Notes: generated from the sequence alone by a model not told the origin. A stretch of 64,000 nucleotides of DNA from an uncultured delta proteobacterium (GCA_963756005.1 CAVWMC010000001.1:198872-262871); one strand, 5' to 3'. Numbered from the stretch's first letter, positions 23,814 to 33,825 are shown. A program made the numbers and translations.

Positions 23814-24731
23814 ATGAAATTCGGAACATTTCTCTACCAGACCTCGCCCAACAGTATCGCCGCGGTCGCCCGCAAAGCCGAAGAGTGCGGTTTCGAATCG
23901 CTGTGGATTCCCGAGCACATCATCCTGCCGGTCACCTACCGCTCACCCTATCCGTATTCCTCGAGCGGCAGGATGGGCGCGCCGCCCGAGACGCCGCTGC
24001 ACGATCCCCTGCTCGCGCTGGCGTACGTTGCCGGCGTGACGACGAAGATTCGGCTGGCCACGGGAGTTTTCGTGCTGCCGATTCGCAACGCCTTCACCAC
24101 CGCCAAGGCCGTCGCCAGCCTCGACGTGCTCTCCGGCGGGCGTTTCATTTTCGGCGTCGGCATCGGCTGGCTCGAAGAGGAGTTCGACGGCGTCGGCATG
24201 AACTTCAAGGATCGCGCGCTGCGCACCCGCGAATATCTCGCCCTGATGAAGGAGCTGTGGACCAAGGACGCGCCGGAATATCACGGCAAGACGATTAGCG
24301 TCGAAGGCTTCAAGTTCATGCCCAAGCCCGCGCAAAAACCGCATCCACCGATCGTCTTCGGCGGCAATACCGAACCGTCCCTCAAGCGCGCGGCGAAGCT
24401 CGGCGACGGCTGGTATGGAATCGCGGAAGGCAACGACGAGATCGCGGCGACGATCAAGCGCCTGCGCGAGCATGAGCGTACGGCCGAGCGGACGACGCCG
24501 CTGGAAATCACCGTGAGCAGGCTGCGCGAGCAGTTGAAGCCCGGCGATATCGAAAAATTTGCCTCGATGGGGGTATCGCGAATAATAATCGGGCCGGCCG
24601 CAACCACGCGCGATCAGCTCGCGGCGATGGAAAAATTTGGCGCCGAAGTGATCGTCGAGGAACTAATCGGCGTATCGCATTTCGCGCCGATTTCATCGAA
24701 ACTTGCGCCTGAGGATTTCTTAACACCATGA
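23814..24731 (+). CDS. LLM-class (luciferase-like, putative F420-dependent) oxidoreductase
   Basis: GFESLWIPEHI, AKAVASLDVLSGGRFIFGVGIGW and PKPAQKPHPPI motifs. Confidence 0.88.
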   Translation: MKFGTFLYQTSPNSIAAVARKAEECGFESLWIPEHIILPVTYRSPYPYSSSGRMGAPPETPLHDPLLALAYVAGVTTKIRLATGVFVLPIRNAFTTAKAVASLDVLSGGRFIFGVGIGWLEEEFDGVGMNFKDRALRTREYLALMKELWTKDAPEYHGKTISVEGFKFMPKPAQKPHPPIVFGGNTEPSLKRAAKLGDGWYGIAEGNDEIAATIKRLREHERTAERTTPLEITVSRLREQLKPGDIEKFASMGVSRIIIGPAATTRDQLAAMEKFGAEVIVEELIGVSHFAPISSKLAPEDFLTP

Positions 24732-26230
24732 AAAGGTGCCCCCGCTGCGAAAAAACCTACCCCGACTCGGAAACCTTCTGCGAAGCTGACGGCACCGCGC
24801 TGGTTCAGGCCGGCCCGGCCTTCGCCGAAGGCGCGCGCGGCGACGAGGGCGCACAAGTCGAGTGTCCAGTATGCGGCGGCAAAGCTCAGCCCGGCGAACT
24901 GATCTGCAATTTTTGCGGCGCCCGCCTCGGCGTGGAAGCGGCACCCGAAATGTACACGCCACCGCCGCCGCGGACGCCAACCTCGAGCAATCCCAGCGCC
25001 GTCCGGCGCGATCCGTCGCCGTCGATGCGAATGACGGGGCAGATGCCGCCGGACGACGGCGACAAGGAAGGCCGCGGGATGTTCGGCATCGTTGGCTACC
25101 TGCTCGCCGCGATCATCGCGCTCGGCGGCGGCGCCTGGCTCGCGCTTCATCTGAGCAAGGGCGCGCAAGAGCCGGTCGCGAACGCGTCGCCGTCGGCGGT
25201 CGCCTCGGTAGCCGCGCCCGCGCCGACCGGACCAATGGTGGCGTTGGCCAATGCGATACCGGTGCAGGTCACCGGAGAATCGGCGTCGGCGCCCGAGCGC
25301 AACCAGGATACGGCGCAGAAATTTTTCAACGATAACAAGGGCCCATTGCTCGACAGTTATACTCGCGCGCTGGCCGGCGACAGCTCGATGCGCGACGCCA
25401 TGATCGTGCGTGTCAGGGTGCTGCCCAACGGCGGCGTGAGCAACGCCGAAGTCCGCACTTCGACCAATCCCAATCCCGCGTTCGACGCGGAAGTGGCGAA
25501 AGATGTCTCGGCCTGGAATTATGCGCCCTTCAGCGGCAGCGAGGTCGAGATCGATTACCCGATAATTTTCACCAACGATCCGGCCTCCAGGGACGGGCTC
25601 GAGACGCAACTCAAGACCAACCTGGCCGGCCTGAGTGCGGGCGAGCCGCCGGAATATACCAGCTCGTTGCCGTCGCCGGCCGCGTCGGCAGAGGCGAACG
25701 CGCCGTCGCCGGCCGCCGTCGAAACCCCAATCGCGGCGGTCGCACCGCCGCCTGCGCTCGCGCCGCCGCCCCGCAAGCATCATGTCGCGCCGCGCCCGCC
25801 CAAGCCGCCGACGCTTACCTTGCAGCAGCGCGTGCTGCAGGTGCTGTCATCGAATCCGCGGACGCGCCGAGTGAACTGCTATACCAGCGGCAGCACGGTG
25901 ACGATTTTCGGCAAGGTCTTCGACAATGACGCCAAGCTGTACGCCGAAAAAATCGTGCGCCAGGTCCCCGGCGTCGGCAACGTGATCGATTCGCTGCAGA
26001 CCGACACCGCCGATTGGGCCGCCCGCCAGGCTGCGATCGCCTCGCAGCTCTATGCCGCCGGCCTGAACAGCGTGACCGTCAAGGTGATCGGCCACGACGC
26101 GTATCTTAACGGCACGGTCAAGACCGACGCGCAGAAGCAGCAGGCGGTGACGATTACCGAAAACGCGTCGCCGGTGCATGTGGCGGGAAATTTGATCAGA
26201 GTGGTTCCCGGGAACATGTTCGGATTCTGA
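24728..26230 (+). CDS. Membrane-anchored protein: zinc ribbons, TM helix, TonB-C/AgmX-like domain, Pro-rich linker, two BON domains
   Basis: CPRC..FCEADG and CPVCG..CNFCG; hydrophobic segment; VRVLPNGGVSNAEV..IDYPIIF; VTIFGKV and AYLNGTV BON-like repeats. Confidence 0.7.
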   Translation: MKRCPRCEKTYPDSETFCEADGTALVQAGPAFAEGARGDEGAQVECPVCGGKAQPGELICNFCGARLGVEAAPEMYTPPPPRTPTSSNPSAVRRDPSPSMRMTGQMPPDDGDKEGRGMFGIVGYLLAAIIALGGGAWLALHLSKGAQEPVANASPSAVASVAAPAPTGPMVALANAIPVQVTGESASAPERNQDTAQKFFNDNKGPLLDSYTRALAGDSSMRDAMIVRVRVLPNGGVSNAEVRTSTNPNPAFDAEVAKDVSAWNYAPFSGSEVEIDYPIIFTNDPASRDGLETQLKTNLAGLSAGEPPEYTSSLPSPAASAEANAPSPAAVETPIAAVAPPPALAPPPRKHHVAPRPPKPPTLTLQQRVLQVLSSNPRTRRVNCYTSGSTVTIFGKVFDNDAKLYAEKIVRQVPGVGNVIDSLQTDTADWAARQAAIASQLYAAGLNSVTVKVIGHDAYLNGTVKTDAQKQQAVTITENASPVHVAGNLIRVVPGNMFGF

Positions 26231-26365
26231 TTGGCGGCAGCGGATAAAACTGGCCGGAGTGATTAATCCCGCAGCCTGTGTTACTATTGACACGGTTCGA
26301 GCCGAACGCTTATATGGCGGAAAGAGCGCGGGATACGCCGCTCCATCAGGAGGACTCAATTTTCC

Positions 26366-26698
26366 ATGGCTGACGCAGTACCTACTACCCCTAAAGAAAT
26401 CTTCGCGGCGATGCCCAGTCGCTTCAACAAGGACGCGGCGAAGGGTTTGAACGCGACCTACCAGTTCGACCTTTCCGGCGACAACGGCGGCAAGTGGAAC
26501 GTCGTGATCAACAACGAGACCTGCACCGTCAACGAAGGTCCGGCCGCTTCGCCCAGCATCACGATCTCGATGACCGCGCAGGACTACGTCGATATGACGA
26601 CCGGCAAGCTCAACGGCCAGGTCGCCTTCATGAGCGGCAAACTGCGAATCGCCGGCGACATGGGCCTCGCGCTCCGCATGCAGAGCCTGTTTGCCTAA
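26366..26698 (+). CDS. SCP2 sterol-binding domain protein
   Basis: YQFDLSGDNGGKW, AFMSGKLRIAGDMGLALRM; SD AGGAGG upstream. Confidence 0.92.
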   Translation: MADAVPTTPKEIFAAMPSRFNKDAAKGLNATYQFDLSGDNGGKWNVVINNETCTVNEGPAASPSITISMTAQDYVDMTTGKLNGQVAFMSGKLRIAGDMGLALRMQSLFA

Positions 26699-26728
26699 CC
26701 ATTGAATCGAACTCAACCATGACTTGAA

Positions 26729-26759
26729 CGCCGGTCGGGCGAAACAAACCCGGCCGGCG
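26729..26759 (+). terminator. GC-rich hairpin downstream of the SCP2 gene
   Basis: Stem CGCCGGTCGGG / CCCGGCCGGCG (one G-U); no clear U-tract. Confidence 0.4.
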
Positions 26760-26999
26760 GAAAATCCGCCTGAAAGAATCCCACAGACAAATCATCTCAA
26801 GCCGAAACGCGCCGATAAATTTCAAATTCGGTACGCAGTCAAGTCACAATCTTATCCACTGATTTAAAGATCCCAAGGCAGCCCGAACGCGAGCGCCAAA
26901 TACTGTTACTACATCGATTTCGAAAATTAATATTCTGTTTTCACCAACAGTCCTAAGGATAAGGAGGACAAATCCACGTCACAGGAAGAGAGAACCCAA

Positions 27000-27287
27000 A
27001 TGAGTTCCGCGGACTTCGAGGGCGACCTCGACAAGCCTAGCGGAGAAGCGGCCGGCGACGGCCAGGACAACGATTCGCTGGCCTCGAAACTGTCGAAGGA
27101 GCTCAGCAACTGGCGGCGCTCGCGCACCTCGTCGCGGCCACGGAATTCTGACGGACCGATCCAGAGCTTCTCGTCAGACCCGGCCCGTACGATCAAGGTT
27201 CGCGGTCATGAGACTTTGGTCGTTCGCAAGCCCAAGCTCGCCGGCAAGCCCACCAAGAATACGAATCACACATCAAATAATCAGTAA
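27000..27287 (+). CDS. Hypothetical protein (95 aa, hydrophilic)
   Basis: ATG after a purine-rich SD-like stretch; GC-rich third positions; no family recognised. Confidence 0.55.
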   Translation: MSSADFEGDLDKPSGEAAGDGQDNDSLASKLSKELSNWRRSRTSSRPRNSDGPIQSFSSDPARTIKVRGHETLVVRKPKLAGKPTKNTNHTSNNQ

Positions 27288-27331
27288 TAACGCTCGTCGT
27301 CCGCGGATGTGGTGGTGGTGGTGTTGAGGAG

Positions 27332-28582
27332 TTAGGAGCGGAAGATTTCGACCGGCATCTCTCGCGATGCTTGCCGGGCCGGATATACGGTCGCCAGCAG
27401 GCACAGTAGCATCGAGGCTAGCGCCACCGCGGCGAAGTTCGACGGCGCGACGGCGATCGGCAGCGTCGAGATGCCGTAAATCTCACGCGGGATGTGTATG
27501 AACTGGTAGTGCGCCAGCGCGAAGCATCCGGCCGCGCCGAGAATCAATCCGGCCGCCGTTCCCGCCGCCCCGACGATCAGTCCCTTGAGCACGAAAATCA
27601 GCCGCACGTCGCGCCGCGTCGCTCCCATCGCGATCAGCACCGCGATGTCCTTGCGCTTCTCCATCACTACCATGATCAACGTCGCCACGAGGTTGAACGC
27701 GGCGACGCCGATCAGCATCACCAGCACCAGCGCATAGACGCGCTTGAGCAACGCGAAGCCCGCCGCCGCCGACTCGTTAAATTGGATCCAGTTCTGCACC
27801 CGATATGGACTCGGGAACATCTGGGTCAACGCGTCAGTGACCGCGTCGGTCTGATCGAGGTTGACCAGATGGATATCGACGCCGTCAACCTTGGCGCTGC
27901 GGCCGAAGAAATCCTGCGCGTTGGTCAGATTCATGAAGACCATGTTGGTGTCGATGAAGTTCATCCCCGAATCGAAGATCGCGCCGACCACGAATTGCCC
28001 GCTCTTCGTCGAGAGCGATCCGTCCGGCGAAACAATCGGCGCGACTATCCGAATCGTGTCGCCGCGCTTGGCCTTGAGTTTCTTCGCGAGGCTCACTCCG
28101 ATCGCGAGGCCGCCGGTGGTGACCGCGGGCCCCGCGGCGCCGGCCGGAATCGTGTAGCTGCGCGCGAGATCGTCGAGGCCGCCCGCCGTCATGTAGCGGC
28201 CCCATTGCGTGCGCACGACCGGATTGTTCGGCTCCACCCCGCGCACCACGACGCCGCCGATTCCCCGTCCCGAACTCAGCATCGCCTGCCCGATGATGTA
28301 CGCCTCCGCACCGTTGACGCCGGGCACTGTCGCAACTTTCTTCTCGATGTCGCCGTAATTTTCGATCGATCCTCGCGAATTGAGTATCTGGACTTGCGGG
28401 CTCAGGTTGAGCACACGCTCCTTGATGCTCTGCTCGAAACCGCCCATCACCGACAGCGTCATCGTCAGCGCCGCGACGCCGATCATCACGCCAACTGCGG
28501 TAAAGATCGTCGTGATCGAGATGAATGCGTCTTTGCGGCGGGCGCGCAGATAGCGGAGCGCAATTTTGAGTTCGTATCGCAC
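27332..28582 (-). CDS. LolC/LolE-family (FtsX-like) ABC transporter permease
   Basis: YELKIALRYLRARRK, SVMGGF, MVVMEKRKDIAVL, YGISTLP and YPARQAS motifs. Confidence 0.9.
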   Translation of the reverse strand: MRYELKIALRYLRARRKDAFISITTIFTAVGVMIGVAALTMTLSVMGGFEQSIKERVLNLSPQVQILNSRGSIENYGDIEKKVATVPGVNGAEAYIIGQAMLSSGRGIGGVVVRGVEPNNPVVRTQWGRYMTAGGLDDLARSYTIPAGAAGPAVTTGGLAIGVSLAKKLKAKRGDTIRIVAPIVSPDGSLSTKSGQFVVGAIFDSGMNFIDTNMVFMNLTNAQDFFGRSAKVDGVDIHLVNLDQTDAVTDALTQMFPSPYRVQNWIQFNESAAAGFALLKRVYALVLVMLIGVAAFNLVATLIMVVMEKRKDIAVLIAMGATRRDVRLIFVLKGLIVGAAGTAAGLILGAAGCFALAHYQFIHIPREIYGISTLPIAVAPSNFAAVALASMLLCLLATVYPARQASREMPVEIFRS

Positions 28583-28600
28583 GATGACCGCGAGCGAAAC

Positions 28601-29818
28601 TCAGAATATCACGTTCTCTTTCTTTAGCTGCTCGATCTCGTCGGCGCTCAGCGACAGCATCTTGCCGAAGACTTCGTCGTTATCCTGGCCGAGTATCGGC
28701 GCCGCTCCTCGCAGCGTGCCCGGCGTACGGCTCATGCGATGCTCGAGTCCCTCGTACGGCGACGCGCCCATCTCCTTGTGCTCGAGCCAATGCCAGAAGC
28801 CGAACGCTTCGAGGTTGTCGTCCTGGTGAATATCGACGCAGTTCTGGACCGGATACGCGGCAACTCCAGCCGCCTGCAACTTCACGGTGAGCTCGTGCGC
28901 GTTATGCGCGCGCGTCAGCGAATTGACGAACTCATCGATTGCGCCGGCATTCTCGATTCGTGCAGCCGCACTCGCGAAGCGCGGGTCGCTGGATTCTGCC
29001 GCGATCGCTTTGAGCAGCGCGCGCCACTGCTCGTCATTCGCGACGGCGATCGCGATCCAGCGCTCGTTGCCGTCCTCGTCGGCGCATCGGTACGCCCCGT
29101 GCGGCGCGTAACGCGCCGACGCGTTGCCTTGCGGACCAAGCACGCGTCCAGTCGCGTGATAGTCGATCAACGCCGGCGCGAGATTCTGCATCGCCGCCTC
29201 GTACTGCGCCATGTCGATGTACTGGCCCTTGCCGGTGCGGCGCCGATAGTCGAGCGCGGCGAGCAGCGCGAACGCGGAAAAGCGCGGCGCGATGAAATCG
29301 GTGTACGCGCCATACGGCGGCGTGCACGAGCCGGGGCCGTAACCCGAGATGTAGTAAAAGCCCGACAGCGCCGCCATCAACTGCCCGAAGCCCGGATACA
29401 GCGCGTTCGGCCCGGTCTGTCCCTGCATGCAGGTCGAGAGCATGATCAGGTCCGGCCGCAGCTCGCGCAGATTTTCGTAATCCATGCCCCAGTTGCGCAT
29501 CGCCTTGGGCGTGAAACTCTCGACGATGATATCGGCCCACGGCACCAGTCGTTTCGCGAGTTCGCGCGCTTTGGGCTTGCCCAGGTCGAGCGTGATTCCC
29601 TTCTTCGACGTGTTGTAGCTGGCGAAAAATTGGCTGCGGTTGATTCCCGGCATCGCGTCCTTCCACGGCGGTCCGATGCGCAGCACATCCGGATGCGAGG
29701 CCGACTCGACGCGAATCACCTCGGCGCCGTTGTCGGCGAAATACTTGGTCGTGATCGGGCCGACGCCGACCCAGGCGAAGTCGAGAACGTGAACTCCTTC
29801 CAATGCGAAACTGCTCAT
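28601..29818 (-). CDS. Class III CoA-transferase (CaiB/BaiF family), Asp-containing subunit
   Basis: GAEVIRVES, NTSKKGITLDL, DIIVESFTP and AYTDFIAP motifs. Confidence 0.9.
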   Translation of the reverse strand: MSSFALEGVHVLDFAWVGVGPITTKYFADNGAEVIRVESASHPDVLRIGPPWKDAMPGINRSQFFASYNTSKKGITLDLGKPKARELAKRLVPWADIIVESFTPKAMRNWGMDYENLRELRPDLIMLSTCMQGQTGPNALYPGFGQLMAALSGFYYISGYGPGSCTPPYGAYTDFIAPRFSAFALLAALDYRRRTGKGQYIDMAQYEAAMQNLAPALIDYHATGRVLGPQGNASARYAPHGAYRCADEDGNERWIAIAVANDEQWRALLKAIAAESSDPRFASAAARIENAGAIDEFVNSLTRAHNAHELTVKLQAAGVAAYPVQNCVDIHQDDNLEAFGFWHWLEHKEMGASPYEGLEHRMSRTPGTLRGAAPILGQDNDEVFGKMLSLSADEIEQLKKENVIF

Positions 29819-29833
29819 CTCGAATTCTCCCGG

Positions 29834-31093
29834 TTAAATCGAACCCGCCGCGCGTAGTTTGGTCAGCCGCTCGGGCGCGAGGCCAAGCAGGCCGCGGTAG
29901 ATCTCGTCGCTATGCTCGCCGACTCGCGGCGCACGCGTGCTCGAGCCGATCGGCGTCACCGACATTTTCGCGAACGGCCCGGGGAACGTCAGCGTGCGCC
30001 CAATAGTGTCGTGCGGCACCTGCGTCCAGAAGTCGCGTGCCTTGAGCTGTTCGTCCGCCGCGATATCGGCGGACGTCGCCACCGGCGCGAGAAAAATTCT
30101 CCGCTTCAATCCCTGCGCGTAAATCTCGTGCTTGGTCATCGTCAGCAGGAAGCGCTGGATCGTGGTTTCGAGATCGTCGATCTGATCGCGATCTTCTTTG
30201 GTCATCTGCATGAACATCCCGGGAACCCACGAAATCCAATCCTTGGTGCGCATCCATTCGGACCCAAATCCCTTCTCCCGCATCCACTCGATCAGCGCTT
30301 TGGTCGAGTTGCCGAACGTCGTGCCGCCGGTGATCAGGATCGAGATGTGCCCGTCCTTGCATTCGTAAACCATCTTGCGCCGCGCATCGGCCGAACCGAC
30401 GAAAATTCCGGTGCGCGAAAGATGATTGCCGTGCAGAAACGGCATCGCCTGCTCGTTCATCAGCGTCCACACGATGCAGGCCTGCATGTTGACGACGATG
30501 CGCTGGCCGATCCCGTCGATTTGCCGCGGGTAATGCGCGAGCATCATCGCGACCGCCGCCTCGCCACCGGCGTGCAATCCCGCTTGCGGCAGACTCATCT
30601 GAAGCGGCGGCCTGCCCTCCTCGCCCATCAGGTACATCATGCCGCCGGCCGCCCACGAGATGATGTCGGCCCAGTTGTAATCTTTGCCCGGACCGGTGTC
30701 GCCGAACGGCGTGATCGACGCATAGATCAGCCGCGGATTTTTCTTCGCGATCGCGTCGTAGCCGAGTCCGATCGAATCGAGATAGCCGAGCGGATACGAC
30801 TCGACGAGAAAATCGGACTTCGCCGCGAGCTCGGCCACGAGCGCGCGCCCGTCAGTATCGCCAAGATTCGCCGTCACCGATTTCTTTCCCGCATGATAGG
30901 CGATCGAGTAAAGGCAGTGCTCGGCGTCAGCTTTATCTTCCAGATACGGCGGGATGCGCCGCGTCGAGCATCCGCCGATTGGCTCGACCTTGATAACTTC
31001 GGCGCCGAGATCGGCGAACATCTTGCCGCACAACGCGCCTTTCTCGTCGGTCAAATCGAGCAGGCGCAATCCTTTGAGCAACTCTGATGGCAT
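29834..31093 (-). CDS. Class III CoA-transferase (CaiB/BaiF family), second subunit
   Basis: ADLGAEVIKVEPIGG, AGKKSVTANL, NPRLIYASITPFGDTGP and APRVGEH motifs. Confidence 0.88.
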   Translation of the reverse strand: MPSELLKGLRLLDLTDEKGALCGKMFADLGAEVIKVEPIGGCSTRRIPPYLEDKADAEHCLYSIAYHAGKKSVTANLGDTDGRALVAELAAKSDFLVESYPLGYLDSIGLGYDAIAKKNPRLIYASITPFGDTGPGKDYNWADIISWAAGGMMYLMGEEGRPPLQMSLPQAGLHAGGEAAVAMMLAHYPRQIDGIGQRIVVNMQACIVWTLMNEQAMPFLHGNHLSRTGIFVGSADARRKMVYECKDGHISILITGGTTFGNSTKALIEWMREKGFGSEWMRTKDWISWVPGMFMQMTKEDRDQIDDLETTIQRFLLTMTKHEIYAQGLKRRIFLAPVATSADIAADEQLKARDFWTQVPHDTIGRTLTFPGPFAKMSVTPIGSSTRAPRVGEHSDEIYRGLLGLAPERLTKLRAAGSI

Positions 31094-31439
31094 CGGTGAA
31101 TGAACCTCGAATCCACGCGGCTGAATCTCGGAATTTTATATCCTACCTCACCAAAGATGTAACGGCGTGCGTAGCTTGGGCACTCGGTCGCGGGGCAGGA
31201 GAGTGCGGTTTCATACCACCTGTTGTGGTTTTGGACAGACTCTCTACCATCGGTAGCTTCGTTCCGTCAAAAGTTGTTTTTACACGAGGCGGTCGCCGCC
31301 CGGTTTCGGATACGAGATCGGCGAGCGAGCGGCATCCTGACTGATTGTCCATAACGTTCGTTGTACCATTGAAAATCGGTCGGCATCAGGCTGAACAGTT
31401 CAGCCCTGAACTCGCGGGGGGGGCAAAACAGAGTGCGGG

Positions 31440-32255
31440 CTACTTTTGTTGGCGGGCGTGGCGGGCGGCGCCGATCGCGGTAGCAAAGTCGGCATGCTCG
31501 GGAATCAGGAAGCGGCGGCCGAACGGGAAACTGAGGCGCTTCATCTCCTGCATGAAGCGGAACAGCCGCGACAGCTTGCCCGTCAGCACGATATTTTCCT
31601 GCCCGCATGCGCGCGCGCTCGCGAGTGCGAGCACGCCGATCGATTCCGTGATCATGTTCATTATGGCGAGCGCCTTGTCCTCGGGCGTCGCGTCGGCGCT
31701 GATTTTGCCGAAGTTCGCCGCCGTGGTGCCGGGCGGCAGGTCGCCGATCGAGCCGCCCGCGATGTCGCGGACGCTCAGATCGATCCGCCGCAGGTCGCCC
31801 TTGCGCGCGAGCTTCTCGAGCCGCTCGATCGTCGAGATGCCGAGCATGTGCTTGGCGAGTCCGAGCAGCGTGCCGCCGCCGACGCCGGTGCCGCTGAAAT
31901 GCGCGATCTTGTCGCCATTGACGGACACAATCGCGGTGCCGGTGCCGAGCGAGACCACCATCGCGCTCTCGAGGCCGGCGAGCGAGGTGCCGCCGATCCC
32001 GATCGCGGTGAATTCGTTGACCTTGAGGACCGGCCGGCCGAGCAGGGATTTCGTGAGCACGCGCGATCCCGCGCCGGTGGCGGCGACGCATTCGACGTCT
32101 TCGAGCTTGATGCCGAAATCGGCGACGAGTTTGCCGAGCGCGCCTGCGGCCGCCGCGACCGGGTCGTTAGCCTCGATAGTTACGACGTGGACACCGCCAT
32201 TTTCGAGGATGACGGCGTCGGTGGTCGATCCGCCGATATCGATGCCAACGATCAT
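31440..32255 (-). CDS. Type II pantothenate kinase (fumble/CoaW-like, ASKHA fold)
   Basis: GIDIGGSTT, ATGAG, VNEFTAIGIGG, SLGTGT, GTGVGGGTLLGL, KGDLRRIDLSVRDI and AANFGK motifs. Confidence 0.8.
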   Translation of the reverse strand: MIVGIDIGGSTTDAVILENGGVHVVTIEANDPVAAAAGALGKLVADFGIKLEDVECVAATGAGSRVLTKSLLGRPVLKVNEFTAIGIGGTSLAGLESAMVVSLGTGTAIVSVNGDKIAHFSGTGVGGGTLLGLAKHMLGISTIERLEKLARKGDLRRIDLSVRDIAGGSIGDLPPGTTAANFGKISADATPEDKALAIMNMITESIGVLALASARACGQENIVLTGKLSRLFRFMQEMKRLSFPFGRRFLIPEHADFATAIGAARHARQQK

Positions 32256-32459
32256 AAGGTGGTGCCGGCTCCTGTCCAGCCCGTCATGAAGCTAGATCAG
32301 CCAATGCCACCTGCGCAACGACACGGCGAGAGGGGTCGCATGCGCCGCAGCACCCGCACCTACCGGCCGCGATGCGTCCGGCCGCCTCTCCCGTGAAATA
32401 ACGGGCGAGGTATTAAGAGCGGCCTTAGCGGAGGTTGGGGGCTGTGATACTTATTGAAA

Positions 32460-33824
32460 ATGGCACGGCGCAAGGCTGATTCTTCGCAGAGTCTGTTTCC
32501 TCCGCGCACGCCGCTCAGCCAGCCGCTGGCGGATCGGATGCGGCCGCGCACGCTCGACGAAATTGTCGGCCAGGAGCATCTGCTGGCGCCGGGAAAGTTT
32601 CTCAGCCAGATGGTCGCGGCGCACGTGCTGCATTCGATGATCCTGTGGGGACCGCCGGGCACCGGCAAAACTACGCTGGCGATCGTGCTGGCGGAGCAAT
32701 CGGGCGCGGTGTTCCGCAAACTTGCCGCGGTGACCTCGGGCGTTGCCGACTTGCGCGACGCGGTCGAGGCGGCGCGCCACGATCTCGAGGCCGGCAAGCG
32801 CACCGTGGTCTTCATCGACGAGATCCATCGATGGAACCGCGCGCAACAGGACGCCTTTCTGCCGCACGTCGAGAGCGGGCTGATCACGCTGATCGGCGCG
32901 ACCACCGAGAATCCGTCGTTCGAGGTTATCTCGGCGCTGCTCTCGCGGATGCGCCTGCTCGTGTTGCAGCCTCTCTCAGAAGAGAACGTCGCAACTCTGG
33001 TGCATCGCGCACTCGCCGACAAGGAGCGCGGCCTCGGCGAGATGGGACTAAAGCTGGGTGTCGGTGCGATCGACGAGATCGTTCGCTACGCCGGCGGCGA
33101 CGCGCGCCGCGCACTCGGCACGCTCGAGATTGCGGCGGAGTTCGCGCAGAACGCGGGCGCGACAATAATCACGCCCGAACACATTCGCGAGTCGGCGCAG
33201 CAGAAAGCTCTGCTCTACGATCGCGCCGGCGAGGAGCACTACAACGTCATCTCGGCCTTCATCAAGAGCATGCGCGGCAGCGATCCCGACGCCGCGATTT
33301 ACTGGATGATGCGGATGGTCGAGGCGGGCGAAGATCCGCTCTTCATCGCGCGCCGGATGGTGATCTTCGCGTCGGAAGACGTCGGCAACGCCGACCCGCG
33401 GGCGCTGCAAGTCGCGATTGCGGTCAAGGAAGCGGTGGACTTCGTCGGGATGCCGGAAGGCGTCATTCCACTCGCGCAGGGCGTGACGTATTTGGCCAGC
33501 GCGCCGAAATCCAACGCGTCTTATCTCGCGATGCGCGCGGCGGCCGAAGACGCTAAAACCCTTGGCGCGCTGGCCGTTCCGCTACACTTGCGCAACGCGC
33601 CGACGCCGATGATGAAAGGCCTCGGCTACGGCAAAAACTACCGCTATCCGCACGATTTCGAGGGCGCGCTGGTCGCGCAGAATTATCTGCCCGATGAACT
33701 CGGCGAGAAGAAGTACTATGAGCCGTCAGAGCGCGGCTACGAAATCAGGATTCGCGAATTCCTCGCCCGCGCGCGCGAGGCGCGCAGCACCACGTCGCGG
33801 CGCAAACCGAGCGGCAAAGATTGA
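32460..33824 (+). CDS. rarA: Replication-associated recombination protein A (MgsA/RarA AAA+ ATPase)
   Basis: PLADRMRP, Walker A GPPGTGKT, FIDEIHR, GATTENP, ISAFIKSMRGSD and ASEDVGNADP. Confidence 0.95.
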   Translation: MARRKADSSQSLFPPRTPLSQPLADRMRPRTLDEIVGQEHLLAPGKFLSQMVAAHVLHSMILWGPPGTGKTTLAIVLAEQSGAVFRKLAAVTSGVADLRDAVEAARHDLEAGKRTVVFIDEIHRWNRAQQDAFLPHVESGLITLIGATTENPSFEVISALLSRMRLLVLQPLSEENVATLVHRALADKERGLGEMGLKLGVGAIDEIVRYAGGDARRALGTLEIAAEFAQNAGATIITPEHIRESAQQKALLYDRAGEEHYNVISAFIKSMRGSDPDAAIYWMMRMVEAGEDPLFIARRMVIFASEDVGNADPRALQVAIAVKEAVDFVGMPEGVIPLAQGVTYLASAPKSNASYLAMRAAAEDAKTLGALAVPLHLRNAPTPMMKGLGYGKNYRYPHDFEGALVAQNYLPDELGEKKYYEPSERGYEIRIREFLARAREARSTTSRRKPSGKD

Positions 33825-33825
33825 C

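Noticed and set aside
24650-24731. Possible fifth +1 frameshift near the LLM C-terminus (alternative ending EVISRN*)
   Set aside because: The C-terminus is poorly conserved and the present frame ends in a tidy ATGA overlap, so it cannot be supported
31143-31352. 69-aa ORF or riboswitch between panK and the CoA-transferases
   Set aside because: Atypical codon usage and no riboswitch consensus recognised; only a lone hairpin near 31387-31409
32360-33022. 220-aa minus-strand ORF opposite rarA
   Set aside because: Antisense shadow of the conserved AAA+ coding frame
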